Part shown: piece by piece, positions 22,109-35,560 of the stretch
How the letters are laid out: each line of letters starts with the position of its first letter
Numbering within the stretch: position 1 is the stretch's first letter
NCBI GenBank assembly: GCA_035221665.1
Contig: CM069135.1
Span: 92,380,001 to 92,444,000 of the forward strand
Source of the DNA: Okamejei kenojei
Lineage: Eukaryota
Length of the DNA: 64,000 nt
Direction: 5' to 3'
Program-made: the position numbers and the translations under genes
Notes under the pieces: model-generated
Told to the model about the DNA's origin: nothing
Databases searched by the model: none
The model's input: only the letters and a program-made list of their open reading frames with translations

Positions 22109-23856
22109 AAAGCAAGGCTCTCAAGTTCACACAGCGCAACTTTGAAGAAGTAACTTTTCAAATATTTATTCTTTTGATAAAATAAATGATTACTTGGTCA
22201 TTATCACATCACATCACTGCTAGTGAGAGATGCAATGTAACAAATACGTTGCATTTCTGTCATTATACTTATGACTGCACCTCAGAAAGCAGTTTGGGCA
22301 GATCTTGAGTCTAGAAAAACAAGTATCTCTGTCATATATATCGACCTCAATACAAGTGCTTAGGGAACAATTGTTTTAATGTTTTTTTTTGTAGAAGAAG
22401 CTTGAAATGTTTGCCTTTATAGAAAGCCACATAGCATCTTGCCAAACGTATTTCTTCTTTATTTTCTTGAGAATAATTTATTTTATTTTATTTTATTTAT
22501 CTTGCTTTAAGCTTTTTTGTGAAGAAGACTTGTATAACCTATGTGCACTGCATTTTTATTTTCATTTGTGAAATAAACATGTATTTCTTTATTTTATCGT
22601 TCTTCTGGGATCTCTCTTGTTTGCTTTCACAGTTCCTGGCACAGCATCTCCAATATCTTCTCTGGTTCCCTTTTAGAAGCACACACATTTTCTTTTTTGG
22701 TTTGATGTTTTATGAATGATTATCTAATCTGGTTTTCCAACAATTGTTGTTCTGTATTGTCTCTTTGACAATATGTATATTCTGATGACGTAGTTAAAAA
22801 TTACAGTATAGTATTGAAATTAGTAGTGTACTGTTAATAAAGAAGTTCAAAACAGGATGGTCGTGAAACACTAAACACGCAATACTTTAGATTCTAGAAA
22901 TGTAATAAAGACTGAAAATGCTGGAAATACTCAGCAATACTCAGATCAAGAAGCACTTGTAGAGAGCATGACAAAGTTAATGTTTTTGATGAATAATCAT
23001 GAATAAGCCGATAAGATTATTCTTTCCATCAACAGCAATGGATAGGAATACCTGGCTATAACAAGTGGATCTTTGATATATGTTAAATTTTGCTACTTTT
23101 CCTCATCAACAAAAAAAATACCAAGCAGGATAAAAATGTCCTTTCTGATATTTAGAACAAAATAACAAATACGCTAATTAAAAATAACTGAGTTTTTTTA
23201 CACATTACACATGCAAACCATTGGTGTTCATTGATATTTTTTCTGAAATGTTATAGCTCAAGTTATCTAATACTATTGTTATATTAATTTATTACTTTTT
23301 GAAAGTGAAGATATGAAACTAAATTGTGAAAGTTGGATTTATGGATCATAACCTTAAAACTGACAATGAAAACTAAGTATAAATGTCAAGTTCATCAATC
23401 TGTTCCCTGAATTTTTGGAACTAGGATATGCACCCTTGGGAAAAAAAAATACACACTCCAGTCTTGACAAGCAAACATGGTAGAGATGAGTATAAATTTT
23501 ATACCTCCTTGAATTAGGGGCCATTTATAAATGGTGATGGGTTTTGTCCTATGTCTGATGTCCAACTGATTCAATTGCTATCCTTCACACAAAAATGTTG
23601 ATTATTCTTGTATGCTACATGGTCCCTTGGCTTTCCCTTGCTGGTCAATAATCATCTCCTGGGTGTTGCTAACATTGAGAGCAAGATGTCCTTCTGGTGC
23701 CTCTCAACCAGATTAAAAATCTCCTTCCTGTACTCTAACTTGTCGTTACCTGTTACTCATGCTATCTATGCTACGCAGTCATGGATTCAGGGGTCTGAGA
23801 TGCCCTTGTGCCCTTGAGCTGATTGTCAGCAAGTGGAGGTGGCAGTGGTAGTGTTA

Positions 23857-24763
23857 TGCCCCTGTCCCACTTAGGAAACCTGAACGGAAACCTCTGGTGA
23901 CCTTGCCCGGGACCCAAGGTTTCCATGAGGTCGCCGGAGATTTTGGTCACTCTCCCTAATGGTCGAAAGTGGTTTCCGCGTGGTCGAGGCTTCTTCTAGG
24001 TTGCTCCGATTGTTTAAACATAATCAAAACCGGCCTCGACTAAAAATAGGTTGCCGTTTGGTCGAAGCCAGTAGAGTGGGGTCACCATTTACTTACAGGC
24101 AGTCGAAGGCAATCTCCTTCGTGACCGGCCATTTTGATTGGCTCATTGGAGTTTCATGACCTAGAAGACCCACCGGAAGGTAAAATGCCCGCTTAACCTT
24201 ATTAAACTTCTGAAAACTGTCCTCCCCCCTTCTCTCCCCTTCTCGCCCTTTCTCTCCCCTTCTCCCCCCTCCTCTCTCCCCTTCTCGCCGTTTCTCTCCC
24301 CTTCTCCCCCCTCCTCTCTCCCCGTCTCACTCCCCTTCTCTNNNNNNNNNNNNNNNNNNNNNNNNNNNNNNNNNNNNNNNNNNNNNNNNNNNNNNNNNNN
24401 NNNNNNNNNNNNNNNNNNNNNNNNNNNNNNNNNNNNNNNNNNNNNNNNNNNNNNNNNNNNNNNNNNNNNNNNNNNNNNNNNTACCTTGCTCTGTGGCAGC
24501 TATTTACCTTCCTCTTCATCGCGCAGACAGCGCTCCTCCGCTCTCCATGGCCCCCACCTTTGCGATGTGTTAGTGTGTGTGCGCGGTCGGTAGTAAAGAT
24601 CCTATAGGATCTTTGGTCGGTAGATGTAGCTCACGCTCCGGTTGATCCAGCTCGAGGCTTTCCAGGCGAGTGATCAAAACCTCCGGCGACCTCATGGAAT
24701 CCTTGGGTCGCGGGCAAGGTCACCAGAGGTTTCCGTTCAGGTTTCCTAAGTGGGACAGGGGCA
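23857..24763. mobile_element. PIF/Harbinger-type MITE
   Basis: ~95-bp TIRs TGCCCCTGTCCCACTTAGGAAACCTGAACGG and a TTA TSD (23854-6 / 24764-6). Confidence 0.88.
24342..24481. other. Assembly gap within a CT-rich tandem repeat
   Basis: Run of N. Confidence 1.
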
Positions 24764-24769
24764 TTACAT

Positions 24770-24851
24770 AGTCATGGTCTGGAATACACTGCCTGAGAGA
24801 GCAGTGAATCAAGATGCAATTATGCCTTTCTAAAGGCAATTGGGTAAGTAC
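24770..24851 (+). mobile_element. Old CR1 3' fragment, host of the Gypsy; resumes at 31757-31860
   Basis: GTCTGGAATACACTGCCTGAG (WNTLPE) continues after the TSD. Confidence 0.55.
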
Positions 24852-25094
24852 TGTAGATTAACCCTTATTAATTAATGCCATTTATAACCTTCACCACACA
24901 TATGTGCATGCCACCCTTTACATGGTATTACGGTACTACACAACGACTCTCGCTCTCTCTCTCTCTCTCGCTCGGGCACACTAATTAGTAAGGCTGGACG
25001 CAAGCAGCTGGCTTTTGGAATGTTCCCGTGTACTTAATGGAATTAAGTTGGATTTCACCATGAATATGTTTTACTTTTTGGCCGTCGATAAACC
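24852..25094 (+). repeat. 5' LTR of Mag-like Gypsy
   Basis: Matches 30507-30556 plus 31560-31751. Confidence 0.9.
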
Positions 25095-25169
25095 TGGTGT
25101 CAGAGTCTTGAATCACGTCTCCAACTATTTTGCCTGAATTTATTTTAGTTTATGTTTTTACATCAAATA

Positions 25170-25965
25170 ATGGATGGTTCCATACACAGACCAGATCCTT
25201 TGGTGTTCGACAGTGAGCTTGATGAACGGTGGCACATCTTAAAGGTGGAATTTGGGATTTTCATTGATGCTGCCCACCTTGCAGCTGAACCCCACATTGT
25301 TGCGTCAATTCTCCTCAATGTGGCGGGCACAGACGCTGCCCTGCAGGCACAGGATTTTCACTACGTCCCAGAACATACCGATCCAGGTAACACATGTTGT
25401 GACCCCAGCAGAATCCATCAGAGACCCGGTCTGCCTCCTCCGAAAGTTCAGAGACCTGTGCCAACTTCACACCAACGTTATCATGGAGCTCCACAAGTTT
25501 TTTTCCTGCAGCCAACAAGAGGGCGAAACGGTTGAATCCTACATTGGTGCACTTAAGAACATTGCATCCAGATGCCACTTCCAAAACCGCGGCGTGCTCA
25601 TCCGCGGCAGACTCGTATATGGCATCCTGAATGATAAGGTGAGAAATCAATTACTCCGGGATGAAGAGCCTACACTTGATAAGGTTGAACATGCCTGCCG
25701 GGTTGCAGAATACACTGATACCCATACCAAAGCCTTGGGACCGGGGCCACACTCTGCCTATGACGTCCATGCCTTCTGTAGGTCCCCACAACAAGCATTA
25801 ACCCCTCAACAGTCGCCTAAACCCCCAGGGAGGGTAAATGATCATCTAGTCAATAACTGTGGTAATTGCAGTGGCTCACACCCAATAATTTGTGAGCAAT
25901 ACCCCGCTTACGGCAAATGGTGTCACTATTGTAAAAAGTTTATCAAACTGCCACCCCCGTGCTAA
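25170..25965 (+). pseudogene. Gypsy gag
   Basis: QQEGETVESYI, LIRGRLVYGI...LLRDEEPTLDKV and Cys knuckles CGNCSGSH...CHYCKK. Confidence 0.85.
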
Positions 25966-26441
25966 GCCCAGTCACAACAATCTCTCTATGCACTTGAACC
26001 CACACTCTCCCACGAGGCAGTGACTGAAACAGCAAAACCACAACCGCAGCACCTGCAAGAAGTCAACCAAAACATACAATCTTGTATTCCCGATTCTGTG
26101 GCTACAGACAGTGATCCCATGACAACGCTGAGTATCCACAACACCAAGGTTGCTGCTAGGATAGATAGGGGGTGAGATGTAATGTGATATTGCTGGCAGA
26201 TTTCCAAAGAGTTCACAACAACGAAACTGTTCTGAAAACAAACTCAAAGTTACATCCATTTGGTGGGAGGGAATTGCAACCAGTTGGTATGGTAACACTA
26301 CAATGCCATCTGGCGTCTCAAGTTTACAAATTGGAATTTTTTATCATAAAGAGGGAAGTTCCCCTCCTTCTGGGCAATGATGCATGCCATAATATGAACC
26401 AAGTTTACTTTGGCAAAACTGTGTATCAACTGTCGACCTCT

Positions 26442-27811
26442 GTCATGACGGTGAATAATACAAACTACAACAAAAACCCAATTATACATAGTACAATCAG
26501 AATTTGGAAACAAATAAAATACAATTTAAAATTAAGAAACTTATCTCTCCTATCTCCTATTGCTAAAAACCCTCTGTTTAAACCCTCAAGTATTCATACA
26601 ATGGGAAAGAGCAGGACTTAAAACTTTGGGAGATTTGTATGATACGGGATAACTATTATCATTTAAACAATTACAACTAAAATACAATCTGGGTAACAAT
26701 CAGTATTTTAAATATTTCCAAATATGTGATTCTTTGAAAAAACATGCACATGAATTTCACAAAATGCCATTAGACTTACTAGATGAAGTAATGAATGCAA
26801 AGGCGGAATCACCACATTTAATTTCACTTATATATATAATATCATACTAAATGCAGTAATACCAACAACGGAAGGTATTGGAGGTGAGTGGGAAAACGAA
26901 CTAAGCATAAAAATTTCCAATGAAAGGTGGAAAGAATAAATGTGCACAAATGTTCAATTAACGTAAGGCACATTTTAATACAATTTAAAATTATACATAG
27001 ATTATACTACTCAAAAACGAAATAACATAAAATTTTCCCTAACGTTTCGCCAATTTGTGATAAATGCCACTGTCAAGAAGCTACTATAGCGCACTCATTC
27101 ATCTTTTGTACAAAAATTCAAAGGTTTTGGATTGGAATCTTTGAAATTTCCACAAAAGTGTTTAAAATAAAAATGACACCAAAGCCAGAATGGATTATTT
27201 TCGGAATGACAGAAGGTAGTCTGGAATTAAATGCGTATCAAAAGAATTTATTGGATTACGGCTTAATAATAGGAAAAAAAATAATCTTAAAATTCTGGAA
27301 AAATGCTCCTATACCAACATTAAATATGTGGATTTCAACTATGTTTGAAACACTACATCTGGAAGATATGAGACTCCGCCTGGATGGAAAATCAGAACAC
27401 TTCTTTCAGACGTGGTCTGCATTTATAGAATTAATACAAAGATAGGGTGCAGGAGTACCTCGGGCCTTGGTAGGGGGGATGAAAAACTATTGAGTTGGTG
27501 GATTCCTTTTGCGTGAAATATATAACATAGTAACTGGCTTTGTTTTTTCCTTTTCCTTTTTTTAATATTTTTTTTAGGGTCTATCTCTTAACCCCCTTTC
27601 TCTAATTCTTTGACCAAGGGTTTCTTCTCCCCTTTGGCACGCTCTTTCACTATCACAACTCTTTTCACCTATTTCACTCTCTTTCTTTCTATTCTTTTTC
27701 GTTAAAAGCCATAAAATTATGGGGTACAATGATTGTAACAATATATATGTGAAGTACATTGATGTATTTACCTCTAATAAATAAAATATTTAAAAAATAA
27801 AATAAAATAAA
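26442..27811 (+). mobile_element. 5'-truncated L1 inserted in Gypsy pol
   Basis: TSD TGTCGACCTCT (26431-41 / 27815-25), L1 C-terminal ORF 27158..27445, AATAAA and an A-rich tail. Confidence 0.9.
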
Positions 27812-27814
27812 AAT

Positions 27815-30350
27815 TGTCGACCTCTCAAAGTCCTACCCAACTACTCGAACAATACAAAGACCTTTTTGACAATCAGCTGGACAAGCTTCCCACAGAATAC
27901 AGCATTATAACCGACAAGGAAATTTTACCTATCGTTCCTACTCCTCACGCAATGAAGGACCGTATCAAAGCTGAATTAGACAGAATGGAATCACTAGGTG
28001 TAATAGCCCCTGTCAACAACCCCTCCTCCTGGGTCTCCACCATGGTTGCAGCAGTCATGAAGAACAAAGACAAAATAAGGATCTGCATTAACCCTAAGGA
28101 TTTAAATAATGCCATCAAATGACCACACAACCCTATGCGGACGGTGGAAGAAGTTGCTGCCAACCTGGGTAAAACCACAATCTTTTCTGTCCTAGATGCA
28201 AAGAACTCATTTTGGCAAATGCCACTAGACCATGCATCCTCCATGTTAACCACATTCGTGACGCCCTTCGGATGCTACCGATTCTTACGAATGCCATTTG
28301 GCATCAATTCAGCCAGTGAAGTTTTCCATCGTACTATGGAACAACTCTTTGATAGCTGCCCATGTTACAGAATCGTGAATGACATCCTGGTCACCGGGCG
28401 CAATGCACAAGAACATGACTCAATCCTGAAACAGGTCCTGGATCATGCCAGGGAGGTAAATCTCAAACTCAACCCTCTCAAGTGCAGGTTTTGGGTCAAC
28501 AAAATGACTTATTTGGGCCACATGTTCACCAACAACGGACTTAAGCCAGACCCATCTAAAACCATTGCCTTCAACGAAATGCCAGCACCTACGGACGTGA
28601 CTGCACTACAACGATTCTTAGGCATGGTAAACTACCTTGGAAAATTCATCCCAAACTTCAGCAAGCTATCAGCCCCACTGCGACAACTGACCCACAGGGA
28701 TATGTACTGGTCCTGTCACTAACACCAGCAGAGGGCATTTGAAACCCTCAAACAACTAATGTCTTACGCTCCAACCCTCGGGTACATTGATGCCAAATTA
28801 CCCGTCATCCTTACTTGTGATGCCTCCCAGTAGGGACTGGGCGCTGCTTGCCTACAAGACGATGGAAAGGGCTCCAGACCAGTTGCCTATGCCTCCCGTA
28901 CCATGACCGACACTGAACAGCGCTACGCTCAAATCGAAAGGAGCTACTCGCAGTAACCTTTGCCTGCAAGAAATTCAAGGACTTTATCTTTGGCAACCTG
29001 ATCACGGTTGAAACTGATCACCAGCCCCTGGTTAGTATCCTCAGTAAGCCGATTCACATGGCACCAGCGTGCTTACAACGCATGATGATGGAATTACAGA
29101 GATATGACATCAGACTAACCTACAAACGTGGTAAGGACATGCACTTAGCAGACACCCTCTCACGGGAACCTCGTCCAACCTGCGAAAAACACCTGTCTAA
29201 TGATGAGCATGAGAGGTACACGGTTATGATGGTCTCCTGCCTCCCATCTGCCGGTTTAGACATCCTAGTATCACAAACAGCTGCAGACAAAACACTACAA
29301 TCGCTGGCCACTGTCATCTGCCGCGGCTGGCCAGACAAACAGCACCACCTGCCACAAGCTCTCCGCCCATTTTTCCCAGTCCATGACGAACTGGTCATTC
29401 AGGACGGTATGATAATGAAAGCACATAAGGCGGTCATCCCGACGTCTCTTCACAGCAAGTGCTTCGACATTGTCCATGGGGGCCACCCCCCTGCAGAAAA
29501 AACTCTTCAACATGCGAAAGGAATGCTGTTCTGGCCAGACATGGCTAACTACATTCTAGAGAAGGTTGCTGCCTGCCCGGTCTACAATAGCTCGACTCCA
29601 CACCAACAGAAACAACCACTTCTCCCGCACCCCACGCCAACTTATATTGGTCCACAGTAACAGCCGACATCTTCGAGTGGCATGGCCAACAATACCTGGT
29701 TTCTAGTTGATTCCTACTCAGGATAAAATCGACTTGCTCAGCCATGGCCATTCATAAACTAACTCGCCATTTCTCTGTCCACAGAGCCCACCTAAAGCTA
29801 CTATCAGACAATGGACCTCAGTTCTCCAGTCAGCTGTTCAGGAATGACACGAAAACTGGGACTTTCACCACATTACCAGTTGCCCCAAGTACCCACAATC
29901 CAACGGCCTGGCTGAGCGAGCGTTAAAAAGTGCAAAAGAACTAATGAACGCTCACACAGGGCCGGCTCTGATGTTTATCTCGACTTACTCAACCTTCAGA
30001 ACATCGTCCGCGACCCTCTCCTGGGATCTGCAGTCGCTCGGCTCATGTCATGGCAAACCAGCTCCACTCTGCCTATGGCCAAGCAACAACTAGATCCACA
30101 AGTTTGTGCGCCGTCAGTTACCCAATCCCAGCTCCAACGCCGCCGCAACATACAAAGAAAATACTACGATAAAATCAGCTCTCCACTTCAACCGCTCAAC
30201 AGGTTGTCCGTTTGTGGTAACTCCGAAGTTACAACCGCCTCGGACTCATTCTGGAGTCTACTGCGGAACCACGCACGTACTTGGTCAGTATTTGCAAAGG
30301 CATTTATCGGCGAACCTGCCAACATCTTCTTCCAGTTAATGAACCAGCAC
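27815..30350 (+). pseudogene. Gypsy pol (RT-RNaseH-integrase)
   Basis: SVLDAKNSFWQ, RMPFGINSASEVF, VNDILV (YxDD mutated), CDAS, ETDHQPL, LADTLSR, SDNGPQF. Confidence 0.92.
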
Positions 30351-30506
30351 CTCCACGTCCTTACTGGTTATACCTGAACTGTGCATGACATGTTTAGTTT
30401 TATGTGCTCTCATATGCAGTAAAATAATAAATGCCGCACCTTATACTGGTGTTTTATATTTGCTCTACTAACCACTATGTATGCTTTACTTCTTTAAGAG
30501 GAAGGA

Positions 30507-31751
30507 TGTAGATTAACCCTTATTAATTCATGACATTTATAACCTTCACCACACATTGTATTGTATATCTTTATTATCATTTTTCTGAGTACTTGCATAC
30601 CCAGAGGAAAACGAAAAAGCGTTTCTCAACCAGTGTCCATTCAGTGTGTAGTAAAAAATAAATAGAAATAAAGAATAAAAGTACATATATCACGAGTTCC
30701 GATCGGCAGTGGCACGACAATGGCTCTGCTTTAGTGTGTCCAGGTTGGTGTTTGGTGCGCGATACTTTGGCAGGGGGCAAAGTCCGTTTATCAGTCTAAT
30801 TGCCTGCGGGAAGAAGCTGAGGAGCATCCTGCTGGTTTTGCAGCTGATGCTCCTGTACCTCTTCCCAGATGGCAGGATGGAGAATATGTGATGCGATAGG
30901 TGGTAGGGGTCTTTGCTGATGGAGATGGCTCTGCTAATACATCTCTTCCTGTATATGTCCAGCAATAAAGGGAGTGGAGCACCAATAATCCCGCTGGCGG
31001 TCTTCACAATCCTGTCCAGTTGATGCCGTTCGTATGCCTTGCAGTTCCCGAACCAGGAGGTGATGCCGTAGGTTAATGTGCTCTTGATTGTCCCCCTATA
31101 AAAAGTTCGTAGGTGTGCAGTGGGGAGAACCTGCTTTCCGTAGTCTTCGGAGAGGGTTAGTCGCTGCTGGGCTCTCTTGACCAGTGCTGTGGTGTTGGTC
31201 GTGGACGTCAGGTCATCTGACAGGTGGAGTCCTAGGAACTTCACACTGCTGACCCTTTCCACATCAGCTCCATCGATGTGCAGAGGTGTATGGCGTTGTT
31301 TTCCCGCCCTCCTGAAGTCAACCACCATCTCCTTCGTTTTTCCCACGTTGAGATTGAGGTTGTGGGATTTGCACCATCCTGTGAGCAGCTCCACCTCCAT
31401 CCTGTATGCCGACTCATCATTGTCACTGATGAGACCCACCACTGTTGTGTCATCAGCGAACTTGTTGACGAAGTTGTTGTTCAGTCTAGCAATACAGTCG
31501 TGTGTAAGCAGACTAAACAGCAGGGGGCTTAGGACATAGCCTTGAGGCGTGCCAGTGCTCATATGTGCATGCCACCCTTTACATGGTATTACGGTACCAC
31601 ACAAAGACTCTCGCTCTCTCCCTCTCGCTCGGGCACACTAGTCAGTAAAGCCAGATGCAAGCAGCTGGCTGTTGGAATGTTCCTGTGTACTTAATGGAAT
31701 AACGTTGGATTTCACCATGAGTGTGTTTCACTTATAGGCTGCCGATAAACA
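30507..31751 (+). repeat. 3' LTR of Mag-like Gypsy, split by Rex1
   Basis: 30507-30556 plus 31560-31751 reconstitute the LTR. Confidence 0.9.
30557..31559 (-). mobile_element. 5'-truncated Rex1/Babar LINE with an open RT C-terminal frame
   Basis: ORF 30690..31604 has GTPQGYVLSPLLF, KFADDTTVVGLI, KTKEMVVDFRR and SFFPQAIRL; tail AATAAA plus (ATACA)n. Confidence 0.92.
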
Positions 31752-32129
31752 AGTACCTGAGGTAAAAAAGATTGAAGGGAAAGGCATATAAACTAAGGAA
31801 TGTAAATGGTTGAATAGCTCTTGCAGAGGGCTAGCAAGAGCGGGATGCACTAAATTGACAACTTTTATCCGTCACTAATTGAACAATTTTATGCACCGTA
31901 TGATGAGCAACTTTTGAAAGATTTTGATATTAACATAGAATTTTTTCAGGATAAAGAATTCAACCGGTCTTTTTCCTTTCAAGTAGTACATTTTTTTCCA
32001 TTTATTTCAAGGAAAATATGTCTCAAATATTCCATGCAATGTACAGGAACAATGAATGACAAGAATGATGTGTATTTTAAAATCTTTAAGAATGGGTTTG
32101 CCATCAGGCAGCCTGACTGAATACTGAGG

Positions 32130-32750
32130 TCATGTCAAGTCAAGAGTCATGTGTTTAATTGTTATATTACTGGCAACGGAATAGTGAAATTCTTACTTGT
32201 TGCAGCTTAACAGGCCCATTAACGCAGTACCACATGAATAAATATATAATAATCATTAATGCAATAAATTGATAATTAGTCAAACTAGTTAACCAGAATA
32301 GTGCAAAATCGAAGTCTATAGTGCAAGTAAACACACAGTCCATAGTTGCTGAAGTCATGGTTAGCCTTGTGCAGTGTTCAAGAACCTGATGGTTGTTGTG
32401 AAGAAGCTGTTCTTGAACCTGGTGGTCATGGTTTTTCTGCATCTCCTTCCAGCTAGTAGTAGTAAAATTAGAGCACGGTCATGGTGATGTGGATCTCTGA
32501 TGATTTTAGCTGTCTCTTAGAGATTGCACCTCCCTTCAAAGGTAAGAGACCAGTACCTGTGATGGACAAGGCAATGCTTACCACTCTTTACAGCTTACTT
32601 CATGCATGCGCATTCAAAATACCGAACTACGCAACCAATGTATGCTCTCTACCATACACCTGTGGAAGTTCCAGAGAGTATTTGGCAACATATAAAATCT
32701 TTTCAATTTTTTAAGGAATTAGAGATGTTAATAAGCTTTTTTTTTATGAT
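32130..32750 (-). mobile_element. Rex1/L2-type LINE 3' end, degraded
   Basis: Minus strand RFKNSFFTTTIRFLN-like coding, GTAAGAATTTCACT motif, (CTTGA)n tail. Confidence 0.65.
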
Positions 32751-33047
32751 GGCAATGTTAGTCAGGAAGTCTGCTTTTGAAGATTGAAGTTATGAGAAGG
32801 TTAGTTGAAGAGTGTGAGAGGTAGTGTAGGTTGGGCAAATGATTTAGGCAGTTAGCATCAGCTTGGTTTCTATAATGCATGAGTAACTCCAGCATGTTGT
32901 GCCTATCTTCTGGAATGTAGGGTTTGTCTGAATTGCAGGGCGGCAGATATCTGGGGATCTTTCAGGAAACTAACTGTGGATTGAAATGTGAGACCTTAGT
33001 GGGCATTATCAAATGTCTGTTTTAGAGCAGGTATCCTTATTGGGAGA

Positions 33048-33187
33048 TGTGTAGGAAAGAACTGCAGATGCTGGTTTAAATCGAAGGTAGACACAAAAAG
33101 GGTCTCGATCCGAAACGTCACCCATTCCTTCTCTCCAGAGATGCTGCCTGTCCTGCTGAGTTACTCCAGCATTTCGTGTCTACCTTT
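33048..33187. mobile_element. Short Penelope-derived insertion with inverted segments
   Basis: 12-bp TSD CTTATTGGGAGA (33036-47 / 33188-99). Confidence 0.85.
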
Positions 33188-33235
33188 CTTATTGGGAGAG
33201 GTTATTTTGTGACTTGTTATCTTGTGTAGTCAAGT

Positions 33236-33320
33236 GGAAGAAGGGTCTCGAACGTCACCTATCCATATTTAACAGAGGTGCTGCCAGACCTGCCGAGTTA
33301 CTCTAGTACTTTGTGGTAGG
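33236..33320 (+). mobile_element. Penelope-like terminal-repeat fragment, degenerate
   Basis: GAAGAAGGGTCTCGAACGTCACC...CCTGCCGAGTTACTC. Confidence 0.55.
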
Positions 33321-33939
33321 TTTAAGTGGAAGGAAAGATGACTGAGGAGGTGCAGAAAGAGGTGGGCATGTATCCTGTACATAAGCTTGTATATTGGAGC
33401 CAGAGGGAGTTTTGATGTTTCTCTTCACTGTAATCTGTCAGGAAATATAATTGCCCTGGGGGATTCAGCCTTTCTTGTTTTCTTTTGTTGGCCAGTTTTA
33501 ATTTGGAAATGCAGAAGCCTGCAATTAAAATGAGGAAGACAATAAACATGAAAGAAAATCACCTGATCATAATATCAAAAAGATCAACCTGCTCCTTACA
33601 AATGGATGTCACCACCCCTATGCCCTCTTTTATTATGGTAATAAGCTAATTTGAAATAGGTTTGTGATCTAGAGTTTGTATAACTTAACATCAAACATGT
33701 CCTCAAAAAAACAGTTTTGGAGAACTAATCTTCAACCTGTATACATCTGTTAAGAATGGTTCAAGTACACAATCCTTCAATGTAAAGTGATAAATAATTC
33801 CTACAGGCTGCATTGCTTTTTTGATGGGATAATAAATGCTGAGATGTATTTATTTTAGCTCTATAATTGTATCTTACCCAATAGTTTTTTTTTAAATGAT
33901 TGTTCCTTTTGATCATCAATTGTTTTATTTCTTATACAT

Positions 33940-34500
33940 GGATGTATGTACATCTTTCCTGGAAGACAGGACTTACAGCTACTGCGGAAATAGGTTCCAT
34001 TTTCTTTGTTTTTCTGTCCAGTTGTGCATCTCTGCAGATGTCCAGCTCTGTACCTGGGTATCTGTAAGATTGAGTACCTGTGGACCACTGTGTTTATGCA
34101 CCTGTTCTTTGTGTGCATCTGTGCAGCTATTCAACTGTCCTTATGGCTGTGTGCCATCTCATCTGTGTATGTGTGCACATGAATAGCTAGGCACCTATGC
34201 AGTTCTGTGCCCATGCAAGTGTACAGCTGCATGTCTTTGGATCAATGAATCAGTATTTTCTCACTTATTTAGCTACGTATCTGTGCACCTGTGCAAAAAT
34301 ATTTCTATGTACTTGGGCACCTGATGCATTATGTATCTGTGCACCAGTGGATCAGTGGATCCTTTCTCAACCAGTTTATCCATATGCCTGTTATGTCATG
34401 AGACTCGATATATATGGGCATATGTGCCTGGACATTTGTTTAACTTGCTGCCCATGTGGCTGTACAGCTGCAAACCTGTGGATCTATTCATCTCTCCAAT
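33940..34500. repeat. Decayed low-complexity TGTGCA/ATCTGT-rich tandem array
   Basis: Recurrent TGTGCA, CTGTAC and ATCTGT motifs. Confidence 0.5.
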
Positions 34501-34504
34501 TGTA

Positions 34505-34780
34505 TACATAGATTCATACATTTATATAGCACAGAAACAGCTTCTTCAGCCAAACTTATCCATGCCTACCAAGGTGCTTTTCATTTGCCTGTATTTGTCT
34601 TAACCTGTCTTAACCTTTCCTATTCTTGTATGTCCAAATATTTTTAAAATGTGTAATTTTATCCATCTCAACCACTTCCTCTGACAGTTTGTTTCATATA
34701 CCCATCATACTCTGCATTAAAAAACTAACCTCCAGGTCATTTTTAATGTTTCCCTTCTCACTTTAAACCTGTGCCATTTA
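34505..34780 (-). mobile_element. CR1 LINE 3' end
   Basis: Reverse complement of the CR1 tail (GHRFKV...FFNAE region). Confidence 0.6.
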
Positions 34781-34794
34781 ATTTTGGACTAAAT

Positions 34795-35560
34795 GGTTAG
34801 CAACTGGGAGATCCAGTTCCCATTCCCTTTCCCTTGCAACTCCCCTTCCCATTCCCATACCTATACCGAGGCCTTTCTGTTCTGAGCATCCTCCATTGTC
34901 AGAGTGAGGCCATGCCCAAACTTGAAGCACAGCAGCACTGCAAGGGGCGGCATGGTGGCGCAGCGGTAGAGTTGCTGCCTTACTGAGCTTGCAGCACTGG
35001 AGACCCGGGTTCAATCTCGACTATGGGTGCTGTCAACATGGAGTTTTACGTTCTCCCCATGACCGCGTGGGTTTTTTCAGAGATCTCCGCTTGTGTCACT
35101 TACAACCCAACTGTATGAACATTGAATTTTTCAATTTAATATAACACCTTTTTCCTTTGTTCACCCCTCTCTTTCCTGTGCACCCCACCTCCCACCCTCA
35201 TGTGTTTACCCTTTCTTCCATGACCCTGTGCTTCATTTCTCTCTCCCCATCCCCTTCTGCCTATATCCCTCCCTCTGGCTTTACCTTTCACTCCTCTTTC
35301 ATTCCTCTTATCTCCTTATCTGACACCCTTTTGTCACATTGTCTCCCATTTGCCTTCTTTTGTCCCCTTTTGTCTCGTTTTCATTTTTACTGTCTACACA
35401 TCTGCCATTCAAATACATCCCCCCCCCTCCCCCTCACCACCTCATTCCTACTCACCTATCACTTGCCAGGCCTTGCCCCCCCCCCACACTTTTTTTCTCC
35501 CTCCCCCCTATTACAATCACTGAAGAAGAGTCACAACCTGAAATGTTGCCTATCCATGTC
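34795..35560 (+). mobile_element. Penelope-like 3' region interrupted by a V-SINE head (34944-35088)
   Basis: LSVL.ILHCQSEAMPKLE and LQPNCMNIEF (GIY-YIG C-terminus), a pyrimidine tract, then CTGAAGAAGAGTCACAACCTGAAATGTT. Confidence 0.7.

Larger units (their letters stand above)
24852..31751 (+). mobile_element. Ty3/Gypsy LTR retrotransposon (Mag-like) with two nested LINEs
   Basis: TSD AGTAC (24847-51 / 31752-56), paired LTRs, PBS TGGTGTCAGAGT at 25095, PPT AAGAGGAAGGA before 30507, gag-RT-RH-IN order. Confidence 0.93.

Noticed and set aside
26172-26621. 149-aa ORF appearing to fuse Gypsy protease with L1
   Set aside because: Chance in-frame read-through across an L1 insertion junction
33495-33645. 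Possible exon after a pyrimidine tract (NEEDNKHERK...YALFYY or FNLEMQKPAIK...)
   Set aside because: The protein-like frame has a stop just upstream, no homology was recognised and the donor is weak
33896-34603. Cys-rich ORFs
   Set aside because: Product of TG-rich low-complexity sequence
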